Shown: positions 11,477 through 21,146, numbered from the stretch's first letter. The stretch: 64,000 bases of DNA from an uncultured delta proteobacterium (GCA_963760795.1 CAVXEP010000032.1:384001-448000); one strand, 5' to 3'. Numbers and translations are program-made. Notes: generated by a model not told the origin, from the letters alone.

Positions 11477-11967
11477 TGCAACAGCTCTGGGCGCCCTGGC
11501 GCATGGCCTATATCGATGACGGCGCCAAGGAACCGGGCTGCATTTTTTGCACTAAGTATCGGCAGGAAGACTTGAAAGCGGCTTTGGTGCTGACGCATAG
11601 CCGCCATGCGGTCGTCATGATGAACAAGTATCCCTACAACAACGGCCATCTGCTGATCGCACCCAAGCATCATGAAAGTAGCCTGGCCGGTTTAGCGCCG
11701 GAAGAGTATAGCGATCTGAGCGAGGTATTGCGCCGCGCCGTCGAGATCGTCAAAACCGTATTAAACCCGGGCGGCGTCAATCTCGGAATGAATCTTGGCA
11801 AGTGCGCCGGCGCGGGTATCGAAGACCATCTGCACTGGCATATCGTGCCGCGCTGGGAAGGCGATACTAATTTCATGCCCGTCATCGGCGAAACTCGGGT
11901 AATGCCGCAGCACTTGGCCGACAGCTACGATCGGCTGCAGCCGCATTTTCACAATCTTATGGTTTAA
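11476..11967 (+). CDS. HIT family protein
   Basis: LWAPWR, CIFC, YPYNNGH, HLHWHIVPRW. Confidence 0.9.
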   Translation: MQQLWAPWRMAYIDDGAKEPGCIFCTKYRQEDLKAALVLTHSRHAVVMMNKYPYNNGHLLIAPKHHESSLAGLAPEEYSDLSEVLRRAVEIVKTVLNPGGVNLGMNLGKCAGAGIEDHLHWHIVPRWEGDTNFMPVIGETRVMPQHLADSYDRLQPHFHNLMV

Positions 11968-11988
11968 GTGTGTTAGAGCAACGTGGTA

Positions 11989-12005
11989 GCTTGGCATTGC
12001 CAAGC
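11989..12005. promoter_or_regulatory. Perfect 17-bp palindrome upstream of the AAA+ gene, candidate operator
   Basis: GCTTGGCA-T-TGCCAAGC. Confidence 0.3.
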
Positions 12006-12055
12006 AGCAAATAGGAACGGTCAACAACAACTCTTCCGAGGGGAGGCCAAGTCAA

Positions 12056-13453
12056 GTGAGTGAGGCAAAAACATTAGGGGAACTGAAAAAAAGCGGGGTT
12101 GCGGTGCTGTCTGTGCGCGACGAGATGCGCAAAAACTTAGTGCGCCATCTGGAGAGCGGCGAGCGCATCCTGCCGGGAATCGTCGGTTACGAGGATACGG
12201 TTATTCCGGAAATCGAAAATGCGATTTTGTCCGGCCATCACATGGTGTTTTTGGGCGAACGCGGCCAGGGTAAGTCGCGCATCATCCGCGGCCTGCTGAG
12301 CCTGCTCGATGAACGCATACCCATCGTCGATGGTTGTGAAATCAACGACAGTCCGATGGCGCCGATCTGCAGCGGCTGCCGCAAGAAGGCGGCGGAGTTG
12401 GGCGATGCCTTGCCGCTTCGCTGGGTCGACCGCGACCATCGCTACGGTGAAAAACTCGCCACGCCGGATGTCTCGATCGCCGATCTGGTCGGCGAGATCG
12501 ATCCGATCAAAGTCGCCGAAGGCCGTTATCTCGCCGATGAGGAAACTATCCACTACGGCCTGGTGCCGCGCACCAACCGCGGTATATTCGCCATCAACGA
12601 GCTGCCGGATTTGACCGAGAAAGTTCAAGTCGGTCTGTTCAACTTGATGGAAGAGAAGGACGTCCAGATCAAAGGCTACAAGATTCGCCTGCCCCTCGAC
12701 GTCATCATCGTCGCCAGCGCCAACCCGGAAGACTACACCAGCCGCGGCCGGATCATTACGCCGCTCAAAGACCGTTTCGACGTGCAAATTCGCACCCACT
12801 ATCCGAAAAAGCTCGAAGACGAAATCAGCATCATGGAACAAGAAGCGGTGTGGACCGACAGCCGCAGCCGCAAGGTCGATGTGCCGCATTTCATGAAGGA
12901 AATCCTCGGCAACCTGACCTTCGAAGCGCGCAAGTCCAATGAGATCAACCAGTCCTCCGGCGTCAGCGTGCGCGTCACCATCAACAACTATGAGAGCTTG
13001 ATCAGCAACGCCGAGAAACGCGCGCTGCGCTGCAAGGAAAACGACATCGTGCCGCGGGTCAGCGACATGCATGCACTGATGGCGTCCACGGCGGGCAAGA
13101 TCGAGATGGAATATGTCGGCGAAGAGAAGAAGGAAGACGAGTTGGTCGAGAAATTGCTCAACCGCTCCATCGTCAAAGTCTTCGATCAGCATTTCAGTCT
13201 CAACTCGTTGCAGAAAGTGATCGAGTATTTCAATTCCGGCTGGGGCGTCGAGGTCTCCGACCAGATGGCCTCGCCGGATTATCTCGAAGGCATCAAGGAG
13301 ATTCCCGGACTCAAAGAAGCGATCAAAACCCTGGGTATCCAAGAATCGCCGGCGCTGATGGCATCGGCCACCGAGTTCGTCCTTGAAGGATTGCATCTCC
13401 ATCAAAAGCTCAACAAGGAAATGGAAGGCGGCCGGGTGACCTACGGCAAGTAG
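12056..13453 (+). CDS. AAA+ ATPase (Mg-chelatase-like, Rv0958-type)
   Basis: LGERGQGKS Walker A, FAINELPDL, ASANPEDYTSRGRIITPLKDRF. Confidence 0.85.
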   Translation: MSEAKTLGELKKSGVAVLSVRDEMRKNLVRHLESGERILPGIVGYEDTVIPEIENAILSGHHMVFLGERGQGKSRIIRGLLSLLDERIPIVDGCEINDSPMAPICSGCRKKAAELGDALPLRWVDRDHRYGEKLATPDVSIADLVGEIDPIKVAEGRYLADEETIHYGLVPRTNRGIFAINELPDLTEKVQVGLFNLMEEKDVQIKGYKIRLPLDVIIVASANPEDYTSRGRIITPLKDRFDVQIRTHYPKKLEDEISIMEQEAVWTDSRSRKVDVPHFMKEILGNLTFEARKSNEINQSSGVSVRVTINNYESLISNAEKRALRCKENDIVPRVSDMHALMASTAGKIEMEYVGEEKKEDELVEKLLNRSIVKVFDQHFSLNSLQKVIEYFNSGWGVEVSDQMASPDYLEGIKEIPGLKEAIKTLGIQESPALMASATEFVLEGLHLHQKLNKEMEGGRVTYGK

Positions 13454-13497
13454 GCGCAGGACTATCGCAGCCAAACCGAGCGCTCGAAAGATAACCC

Positions 13498-15090
13498 ATG
13501 GTGCATATCCGCTATAGCCGCTGGGCCGCCAGCGGCGGAGACTCGCTGGACCCGGAGTCGGTGTTCGATCAGTTAAACGAGAACATGAACGACACCGGCG
13601 ATCTGCAGCAGGCGATGCGCCGGCTGATGCAGAAGGGGCTCAAGCAGGGCGAGAAGCAGACCAAGGGCATCGAAGATCTGTTGTCGCAAGTGGCGCGCGA
13701 GATGCGCAAGCTCTACGACGAGTACAAGCTGCAATCGGCCATGGACGAGGTCCAGGAGAAGCTCGACTCGGTGGTCGACCAAGAGCAGCAGACTCTCGAA
13801 CAGATGGACCAGTCGGGCCAGGACGTCCAGGAAAATAAGCAGTTCTTGAACGATCTGCCGGGCAAGACCAGCGAGGCGATCGACAAGCTGACTTCCTACC
13901 GTTTCGAAAATTCCAACGCCGAAAAAGACTTCGAGCAGCTGGTGATGCAGCTCGAGCAGATCCGCAAGCTCGAGAACTGGCTGCGCCGCGAGGGCAGCTT
14001 ATTTCGCGGCCAAACGCCGATGGACTTCCAGCAGTCGCAGGAGCTGATGGAGCGCATGGAGGATCTGCGCAAGCTCGAGTCCCAGCTGTCGAGCATGCAG
14101 TTGAAGGACGTCGACAAGGAGTTGTTGGAAAAACTTCTCGGCGGCGATCCCAAGCAGGACTTCGAAGGCATCATGCGCATGCAGTCGCTGCTCGAAGAGG
14201 GCGGCTACGTGCTCGAGAGCGGCGATCGTTTCGAGTTGACGCCCAAGGGCGTGCGCCGCATCGGCCAGTTGGCGCTGCGCGATATTTATCAACAATTGCG
14301 CCGCGACGGCATGGGCCGCCACTCGACGCGCAACCGCGGCAGCCAAGAAGTTGTTCTCGAAAGCAACAAACCCTATGTGCAGGGCGATCCGCTGCATATC
14401 AACATGATCCAGACCTTGAAGAACGCGCTGGTGCGCGGCGGCGGCGTGCCGGTGCGGATCGGGCCCAAGGACTTTTCGGTTTACGAAACCGAGCTCAATA
14501 CCCGCGCCGCCACCGTGCTGTTGTTGGACATGAGTTGGTCGATGAGCTGGGAAGGGCGCTTCGCCGCGGCGAAAAAAGTCGCCCTGGCGATGGAGAGTCT
14601 GGTGCGCGCGCTGTACCCGCGCGATTACTTCGGCATTGTCGGTTTCTTTACCCGCGCCGTCGAGCTCAAAGCCAAGGACTTGCCGCAGGCGACCTGGAAC
14701 ATGGGCGATCCGTTCACCAACTTGCAGGACGGCTTGCATCTGGCGTCGACCATGCTCGACCGCAAACCGAGCGCGAACCAGCAGATCATCGTCATCACCG
14801 ACGGCCAGCCGACGGCTTACTGCCGCCAGGGACGGCTTTACTGCGAATGGCCGCTCAGTTTCGGCGGCATCAGCCAGCGCGCCGCCGAAGAGACTTTGAA
14901 AGAAGCCGAGCGCGTCACCCGCAAAGGCATCACCATCAACACCTTCATGCTCGACGACAGCCCGGTGCTGCGCGGCTTCGTCGACGATCTCACCCGCATC
15001 AATAAAGGCCGCGCCTTCTACAGCCGCCCCGACCGCTTGGGCGAGTACCTGCTCGTCGACTATCTGACGCATCAACGCAAAAAGGTTTAA
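13498..15090 (+). CDS. VWA domain protein, partner of the upstream AAA+ ATPase
   Basis: LLDMSWSM MIDAS motif, TNLQDGL, VITDGQPT. Confidence 0.85.
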   Translation: MVHIRYSRWAASGGDSLDPESVFDQLNENMNDTGDLQQAMRRLMQKGLKQGEKQTKGIEDLLSQVAREMRKLYDEYKLQSAMDEVQEKLDSVVDQEQQTLEQMDQSGQDVQENKQFLNDLPGKTSEAIDKLTSYRFENSNAEKDFEQLVMQLEQIRKLENWLRREGSLFRGQTPMDFQQSQELMERMEDLRKLESQLSSMQLKDVDKELLEKLLGGDPKQDFEGIMRMQSLLEEGGYVLESGDRFELTPKGVRRIGQLALRDIYQQLRRDGMGRHSTRNRGSQEVVLESNKPYVQGDPLHINMIQTLKNALVRGGGVPVRIGPKDFSVYETELNTRAATVLLLDMSWSMSWEGRFAAAKKVALAMESLVRALYPRDYFGIVGFFTRAVELKAKDLPQATWNMGDPFTNLQDGLHLASTMLDRKPSANQQIIVITDGQPTAYCRQGRLYCEWPLSFGGISQRAAEETLKEAERVTRKGITINTFMLDDSPVLRGFVDDLTRINKGRAFYSRPDRLGEYLLVDYLTHQRKKV

Positions 15091-15112
15091 TGCGCTTGCG
15101 CATTAAACCTTT
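15081..15112 (+). terminator. Perfect hairpin overlapping the VWA gene stop codon
   Basis: AAAGGTTTAATGCGC-TT-GCGCATTAAACCTTT. Confidence 0.55.
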
Positions 15113-15118
15113 CCATTT

Positions 15119-15160
15119 GTTCCAATAGTTCCAGACGTTCCATTCGTTCAGGGTTCAAGT
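15119..15160 (+). repeat. Short tandem GTTCCA/GTTCA repeats
   Basis: gttccaata gttccagac gttccattc gttcagg gttcaagt. Confidence 0.6.
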
Positions 15161-15205
15161 CAATCCTGGCCTGGCCTTTTCGTCCGTTCAGATTTTTCAA
15201 AACTT

Positions 15206-15334
15206 ACAGCGCGGTCAAGAAGGTTTTAGCTGCGAGGCGCGCGAAGTTCGATGAGCGGAGGCGTACGTTTGTAGTACGTTGGAGCGAGTCGGGCGAGCGC
15301 AACGAAGCAGATGAAGCCTTCTTGACCGCGCTGT
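15206..15334. mobile_element. MITE-like 129-bp element with 18-bp terminal inverted repeats
   Basis: ACAGCGCGGTCAAGAAGG ... CCTTCTTGACCGCGCTGT; no credible ORF inside. Confidence 0.7.
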
Positions 15335-15362
15335 TGACTACTGAAATTATTTTCAGTATACA
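15334..15362 (+). promoter_or_regulatory. lexA sigma-70 promoter with an overlapping palindromic operator (candidate SOS box)
   Basis: TTGACT-N17-TATACA; TACTGAAATTATTTTCAGTA (CTG-N10-CAG) at 15339-15358; ATG follows 6 nt after the -10 hexamer. Confidence 0.75.
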
Positions 15363-15368
15363 GCTCTC

Positions 15369-15977
15369 ATGCTTCCTGCACTGACCGACCGGCAAAAGGC
15401 GATCTACGATTTTCTCTTAAAGAGTATTCGCGAGAAAGGCTTTGCGCCGTCGATCCACGAGATCGGCCGGCAGTTTAAGATCGCCTCGACCAACGGGGTT
15501 TCCGATCATCTGAAAGCGCTGGAAAAAAAAGGCTATATCCGCCGGGTCGGCAAGCGCGCCATCGAAGTCGTCAATGCTCTCGGCAAGGCGGCTATCAACG
15601 TTACCCGCGAAGTGCCGATTCTCGGCCGGGTCGCCGCCGGCAAGCCGTTTTTGAGCGAGGAAAATACCGAAGGGTTCTTAGCGATTCCCAGCGACATGGG
15701 CGGCGGTAAACAGTTCGCCCTGCAAGTCCAAGGCGACAGCATGATCGGCGCCGGCATCATGGACGGCGACCGGGTGATCGTCAAGCAGCAGACCACGGCG
15801 GAGAACGGCGAGATCGTCTGCGCCTTGATCGACGGCGAAGCGACGCTCAAGCGGTTCTACAAAAAAGACGGCGTGGTCACGCTCAAAGCGGAAAATGACA
15901 AGTACGCGCCGATCGTCGTCGCCGAAGGCGAGTTCCGCATCGCCGGAAAAATTGTCGGGCTGCTTAGGAAATTCTAA
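15369..15977 (+). CDS. lexA: SOS repressor LexA
   Basis: LTDRQKAIY..PSIHEI..HLKALEKKGYI wHTH, VAAG cleavage site, GDSM, TLKR. Confidence 0.95.
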   Translation: MLPALTDRQKAIYDFLLKSIREKGFAPSIHEIGRQFKIASTNGVSDHLKALEKKGYIRRVGKRAIEVVNALGKAAINVTREVPILGRVAAGKPFLSEENTEGFLAIPSDMGGGKQFALQVQGDSMIGAGIMDGDRVIVKQQTTAENGEIVCALIDGEATLKRFYKKDGVVTLKAENDKYAPIVVAEGEFRIAGKIVGLLRKF

Positions 15978-15981
15978 CAGC

Positions 15982-16079
15982 CGTTCACGGGTTCAAGGTT
16001 CAAAAATTCAATCGCTGCAGATGATTCAATGCGGCGGCATGCTCTGGCGTTGAACCTTGAACCCTTGAACTTTGAACCG
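15982..16079. repeat. Empty GTTCAA/TTGAAC inverted-repeat hairpin element
   Basis: Left arm cgttcacgggttcaaggttcaaaaattcaatcgc, right arm gcgttgaaccttgaacccttgaactttgaaccg, about 30 bp spacer. Confidence 0.7.
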
Positions 16080-16167
16080 CGCACGCAGATGCGTGCGCTT
16101 CTGGCGGAAGCCTACCCACCCGTCGCGCCTTGCAAGTAGGGTCATCAACCAACCGTACGTACTCTAT

Positions 16168-16571
16168 TCGCGTCACCGGTGAACAGCGCCGGCATCATCT
16201 TCACGAGTCTGTTTTGCAACGCGCATTCAGGGATGCACGTATTAAAGCTGGTGTGTTTAAACATGCCGGGTGCCACACATTGCGCCATTCCTTTGCCACG
16301 CACCTATTAGAGAATGGCTACGATATCAGAACAGTTCAAGAACTATTGGGCCACAGATTGCCTTTACAACTTGTCTATTGGGAGGGCTGCCTCAACCAGA
16401 CAGACGCAACGCATCGAGAGAAATACTTAAGACCGCATGGGGAAAGCGATACGTGAAAACGAGGCTCAGGAATTATCTCACAGGGTAAACGACGTAAGCA
16501 CCACGATGATTTACACCCATGTGCTGAATCGAGGCGGCAAAGGCGTGCGCAGTCCCGCGGATGGGCTGTGA
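16168..16571 (+). pseudogene. intI: Integron integrase C-terminal fragment (platform 1), interrupted by a GIY-YIG fragment
   Basis: [13 protein letters not shown] (IntI-specific region), [28 protein letters not shown] | [27 protein letters not shown]. Confidence 0.92.
16355..16488 (+). pseudogene. GIY-YIG (UPF0213-like) nuclease C-terminal fragment
   Basis: [44 protein letters not shown] across one frameshift. Confidence 0.7.
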
Positions 16572-16644
16572 ATCACGGTTCCACGCTGCACGTATATTGA
16601 ATATACGAGACCAGCAATATTGGATATACGAGCGGCAGTGACAA

Positions 16645-16732
16645 TTGACAACCTGTTGATTGCAGGAGTAAATTTCGAATTGATGATTGTTGGATATCCA
16701 ATATACGAGATCAGTTCACTCAATAGTTAGGC
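16645..16732 (+). promoter_or_regulatory. Candidate Pc promoter and attI site (platform 1)
   Basis: TTGACA at 16645; ATATACGAG repeated three times nearby; TTCACTCAATA-GTTAGGC directly before the first cassette. Confidence 0.65.
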
Positions 16733-16764
16733 ACGTTGGCGTTGCCCGGAAGCAGTTTTCTGGC

Positions 16765-17568
16765 ATGACAAAGAGTAAGGTGAAAAGGATGCACCGTGAA
16801 ACGACGCCTATCGGAAATTGGCTCGCGATCGCCATGATTGCAACGAGCGCTGCGACTAACGTTACCATGGTGGCGGCTGCCGAGGTCGCGGTCCTGAGTC
16901 CAAACACAGTGAGGTCAGTCGTCACCGACGTTGCGGAGGCCTTTCAGCGAGAGACCGGGCACTCGGTTCGCTTCACGTTTCTTTCGACAGGAGCGGTGGA
17001 AAAACGAGCGAGGGTTGGAGAAGCTACCGACATCATTATCGCGACTGACGAGGCCATGGATCAGATGGCGAGTCAGAGTTTGGTTTTGCGTGACGCCCGC
17101 AGCGTTATTGGCCGAGTGGGTGTCGGGGTGGGCATTCGTGAAGGTACACCGAAGCCGGACATATCGAGCACGGATACCTTTAAGCAGACTCTGTTGTCCG
17201 CGAAATCCGTCACTTACTCGAACCCTGCGGGAGGAGGCGCGTCCGCAATCCATTTCTCCCGGGTCATCGAACGCTTGGGGATCTCACAGGCAATCAAGGA
17301 AAAGGCAGTGGTAGGTGGTTCAAACGTATGCGAACGTGTAGCGAAAGGTGAAGTCGACCTTTGCGTAACGCAGATCAGTGAAATTCTGCCAGTCAAGGGC
17401 GTTACTCTGGTCGGGCCCTTACCGCCGGACGTCCAGAACGTGACGACGCTTGTTGCAGCAATCTCCACTCGGTCCAGCGCCGTCGAAGCGGCAATGGAAT
17501 TCCTCACATTCTTGGTTCGCCCGTCGTCCAGAGCAAAGTTCGCCGAAGGTGGACTCGAATTTCGCTAG
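16765..17568 (+). CDS. Cassette: ModA-like ABC substrate-binding protein
   Basis: Signal-like N-terminus, GRVGVGVGIREGTPKPDISS, QISEILPVKGV..GPLP. Confidence 0.75.
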   Translation: MTKSKVKRMHRETTPIGNWLAIAMIATSAATNVTMVAAAEVAVLSPNTVRSVVTDVAEAFQRETGHSVRFTFLSTGAVEKRARVGEATDIIIATDEAMDQMASQSLVLRDARSVIGRVGVGVGIREGTPKPDISSTDTFKQTLLSAKSVTYSNPAGGGASAIHFSRVIERLGISQAIKEKAVVGGSNVCERVAKGEVDLCVTQISEILPVKGVTLVGPLPPDVQNVTTLVAAISTRSSAVEAAMEFLTFLVRPSSRAKFAEGGLEFR

Positions 17569-17612
17569 CAGCATAGACAGCGCTTGAGTCGGCGTGCTGA
17601 ACGTCGCGATCC

Positions 17613-17666
17613 GTCTAACCATCGGGTTGAGACGGACGAGTACGCCGCTCACCTAAAACGTTAGGC
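17613..17666 (+). mobile_element. attC site
   Basis: GTCTAAC..GTTGAG..CTCAC..GTTAGGC. Confidence 0.8.
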
Positions 17667-17794
17667 GGTACTGTGGGACGCGAACGAGGGAGTCACTTTA
17701 TGGTGGCCACGCTTCATGGCGGCACCATGAACCTCGCCATGCATCGGGCGAGCATTCCGACCACCTTGTGGTCATCCCGGCAAAGCGCCAGCAA

Positions 17795-18550
17795 ATGAGA
17801 AATCTTTTCGTAGACTCCTGGGGTACCGGCACGCTGGTGGTGCTGGTGCATGGCTCGCTCGCGACCGGCGCTGAGGAGTGGCAAGCGCAACGGCCGCTTG
17901 CCGATGAGGGGTTTCGCCTGTTGGTGTTTGACCGGCGCGGATATGGCCAGAGCCCTGTGGCGGAAGGTGAGGATTTCCTGCGCGATGCCCACGACATCGC
18001 CGCGCTTATGGGCGATGGTGCGCATCTCGTCGGTCACTCTTACGGGGGCCTCGGCGCACTGTTCGCAGCTGCCCGCCGTCCGGATGCGACGCTATCTCTG
18101 GCGTTGCTGGAGCCAGCTGTATTCGCGTTAGGCCTGCACCATCTAGCCGCGCGGGCCCTGGTGCATGAAGTTCGCGCCCTCTGGGATCAGGATCTCCCCA
18201 ATGAAGACTGGGTCATCCGCTTCTTGAAGGCGGTGGGGAGTGATCCTGATGTGCTGACCCCCGAGCTGATCGCCGCCGCCGTGCCGTTGGTGCCCGTGCT
18301 GCGCCGGGGGCGGCCTTTCTGGGACAGCGACCTGCCGCTGGCGGAGCTGGCGGCGGCGCCCTTTCCCAAGCTTGTCATATCAGGTGGACACAGCGCAGGG
18401 TTCGACGCGATGTGCGACGATCTCGCTGAACGCATCGGTGCATCTCGCGCGGTGGCGGCCGGTGCCGGCCATGAGATCCAGTTCACCGGGCGGCCTCTAA
18501 ACGAGTTGCTGCTCGCGCTGTGGCGCGGAGCGAACCCGCGGGCATGTTGA
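17795..18550 (+). CDS. Cassette: alpha/beta hydrolase
   Basis: LVHGS, DRRGYG, GHSYGG, GAGHE. Confidence 0.85.
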   Translation: MRNLFVDSWGTGTLVVLVHGSLATGAEEWQAQRPLADEGFRLLVFDRRGYGQSPVAEGEDFLRDAHDIAALMGDGAHLVGHSYGGLGALFAAARRPDATLSLALLEPAVFALGLHHLAARALVHEVRALWDQDLPNEDWVIRFLKAVGSDPDVLTPELIAAAVPLVPVLRRGRPFWDSDLPLAELAAAPFPKLVISGGHSAGFDAMCDDLAERIGASRAVAAGAGHEIQFTGRPLNELLLALWRGANPRAC

Positions 18551-18553
18551 ACC

Positions 18554-18621
18554 GCCTAACTTCCGGTTTCAGCCGACCGCCGCTCCTTCGCTCGCTTCGG
18601 CGGCTGAACCGTTCGTTAGAT
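18554..18621 (+). mobile_element. attC site
   Basis: GCCTAAC..TTCAGCCG..CGGCTGAA..GTTAGAT. Confidence 0.9.
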
Positions 18622-18638
18622 CGGCTAAGAACAGGAGA

Positions 18639-19013
18639 GTGACAATGCTTAATTACGAATTAAATCGCGCGGAGAGCATATTGATTGTTAAACCTATTGG
18701 CCCCTTGGAATCAACGGATTTCGAGAAACTAGTCCAAGAAGTGGATCCCTATATCAGAGAAAAGGGCAAACTTAATGGCTTGATGATTTACGCCAAATCC
18801 TTCCCGGGATGGGATAATTTCGCAGCCTTCCTGTCCCATATAAAATTTGTCAGAAACCATCATCAGAAAATCAAGAAGATTGCGGCCGTAACGGGCAGCA
18901 GTTTTCTATCGATCATGCCGCAGGTTGCCAATCATTTTGTAGAGGCCGAAGTAAGGCACTTTGACTACGATGACAAGGATGCAGCACTAAATTGGCTTAA
19001 GGCTGACAAATGA
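18639..19013 (+). CDS. Cassette: STAS/SEC14 (SpoIIAA-like) protein
   Basis: FPGWDNFAAFLSHIKFVRNHHQKIKKIAAV. Confidence 0.8.
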   Translation: MTMLNYELNRAESILIVKPIGPLESTDFEKLVQEVDPYIREKGKLNGLMIYAKSFPGWDNFAAFLSHIKFVRNHHQKIKKIAAVTGSSFLSIMPQVANHFVEAEVRHFDYDDKDAALNWLKADK

Positions 19014-19040
19014 GAATGATGAAGTATCATTTCTAAGCCG

Positions 19041-19127
19041 GTCTAACTTCAGCTGGTGCGGACGGCCCACGAGCGCGGTGCCATTTCAATCGCCTGTGCT
19101 GGCCCGTCGCACAGCACAACGTTGGGC
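19041..19127 (+). mobile_element. attC site
   Basis: GTCTAAC..GTGCGGACGG..CCGTCGCAC..GTTGGGC. Confidence 0.85.
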
Positions 19128-19277
19128 GTCCGGAGCAAAGGGCCGACGTGTTAGTGACGTGGATCCAGCCTTGGCCGTTAATAGACGACGGGCGAGCATC
19201 CGACTAGCTCTGACGCTTCGCTCTCAATAGGTTATGGTTTTCGGCTCTTCTTAGGCTGTCTAAGGGAGGTATATGCG

Positions 19278-20312
19278 ATGACTACGCCTTTGACGATCCT
19301 GTTAGCAGACGACCAAGTGCCTTGGGATACCAACGCTGAGAACGACAGAACCAAGGCAGAGATCCGTCGCGAGTTTGCCATTGCCAAGCCACACGTTGAT
19401 GTCGATACAGCATTTGCTGACGACTACGCCTGGTTCACTGGTCTATTGGCTTATCTTGAGCACACCAAAGATGAGACGGTCATTCGTGCGCGTACGTTCG
19501 ACGAGGCAAAGCAACACCTCGAGAACCCTCGCGGCCTAGATGTCGCAATCATCGATCTTTCCTGGTGGGGAGATTACCTACTTCCGCAGGGAGCCTCTCA
19601 CCGTAATAACCGAGGGCTCAAGCTTCTTCCGGCCGCGGGAGGCGCGATCCGCTCCAAGGTTCCGATCATCTCTCTATCACAGAACTTCAGCGATGACTTC
19701 GAACTGATAAGCACCGTCTTAGAACGTGGCGCTCTTCCCGTGCCCAAGAACTATAAAGATCGAGAACTGGGTTACAGGGCGCTCTATGCAGCGGTTCAGT
19801 ATCTGACACGGGAACGCAGGCGCGGTCGCTCGAAGGTGGAAGTCTTTGTTAGTCACGCCCATGAAGACAAAGACCTCGCGCAACGATTGGTGAGAGCCAT
19901 TGAATTGGGCCTACACGTTCCCTCTGATGCTATCCGATGTACGTCGGTCCCAGGCTACGATTTCACACCTGGCACCGATTTCGTCGAGGCGCTGAAGGAG
20001 GAGCTCACAGGAGCTTCATGCGTTGTAGGCCTTTGGACTCAGCGCGGTATGAAAAGTCAGTGGTGTCTTTTTGAGCTCGGAGCGGCGTGGGGTCTGGCCC
20101 ATAAGACCTTGTTCCTGTCGCTAGGCACTGAGGCTTTGCGAGATCCACCCGCAGGGTTTCGGTCAATCCACGCCTCGCAGCTAAGCGACGCTGGGCAGCT
20201 TCGAAGGTTTCTTGAGGAGCTGGGGCGCATTACTGCTTGGCCGAATAAAAATCGCCCCGCTGCGGAAAATGAGCTTGAAGATCTGGCCCAATTCGCTAGA
20301 ACATTGCCTTGA
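19278..20312 (+). CDS. Cassette: receiver-like N-terminal domain fused to a TIR domain
   Basis: ILLADD, DVAIID, PIISLS, PK (REC-like); VFVSHAHED, SQWCLFELGAAW (TIR_2). Confidence 0.7.
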   Translation: MTTPLTILLADDQVPWDTNAENDRTKAEIRREFAIAKPHVDVDTAFADDYAWFTGLLAYLEHTKDETVIRARTFDEAKQHLENPRGLDVAIIDLSWWGDYLLPQGASHRNNRGLKLLPAAGGAIRSKVPIISLSQNFSDDFELISTVLERGALPVPKNYKDRELGYRALYAAVQYLTRERRRGRSKVEVFVSHAHEDKDLAQRLVRAIELGLHVPSDAIRCTSVPGYDFTPGTDFVEALKEELTGASCVVGLWTQRGMKSQWCLFELGAAWGLAHKTLFLSLGTEALRDPPAGFRSIHASQLSDAGQLRRFLEELGRITAWPNKNRPAAENELEDLAQFARTLP

Positions 20313-20327
20313 ACCTTAAGGGCAGCC

Positions 20328-20419
20328 GCCCAACACGGCGATGCAGGGGACGCGCCGAACAGCGTAATCTAGCTTCCCAGAGACGTAGCGGCGCGCGCCC
20401 CTGATCTTATTCGTTAGGC
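20328..20419 (+). mobile_element. attC site
   Basis: GCCCAAC..ATGCAGGGGACGCG..CGCGCCCCTGAT..GTTAGGC. Confidence 0.88.
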
Positions 20420-20448
20420 CGCCCTATGGCGATCGGGATTCCTACGTA

Positions 20449-21009
<561 letters not shown>

Positions 21010-21146
21010 ACATCCGTCGAAGCGCAGCCCCAGACAGTCTGGTGGGTCAAGGTCAGGAACGACGCTGGCCTCGTTGGCTGGACTCTTGTTGACGAGAATG
21101 TCGGCGGTGCGGATATGGACGCGTGCTCGTGAACTGTTGGCGGGCG

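Noticed and set aside
12137-13474. 445-aa minus-strand ORF (also 13999-15075 and similar long antisense ORFs)
   Set aside because: Shadow frames of well-supported + strand genes in GC-rich DNA; no recognisable motifs
15119-16079. GTTC direct repeats as alphaproteobacterial LexA boxes (GTTC-N7-GTTC)
   Set aside because: The period is 7-9 bp, not 11; copies lie after stop codons or inside genes; a better operator sits in the lexA promoter
16130-16456. 108-aa ORF as a functional small integrase
   Set aside because: It lacks the N-terminal two thirds and the catalytic Tyr; its C-terminus is a GIY-YIG fragment
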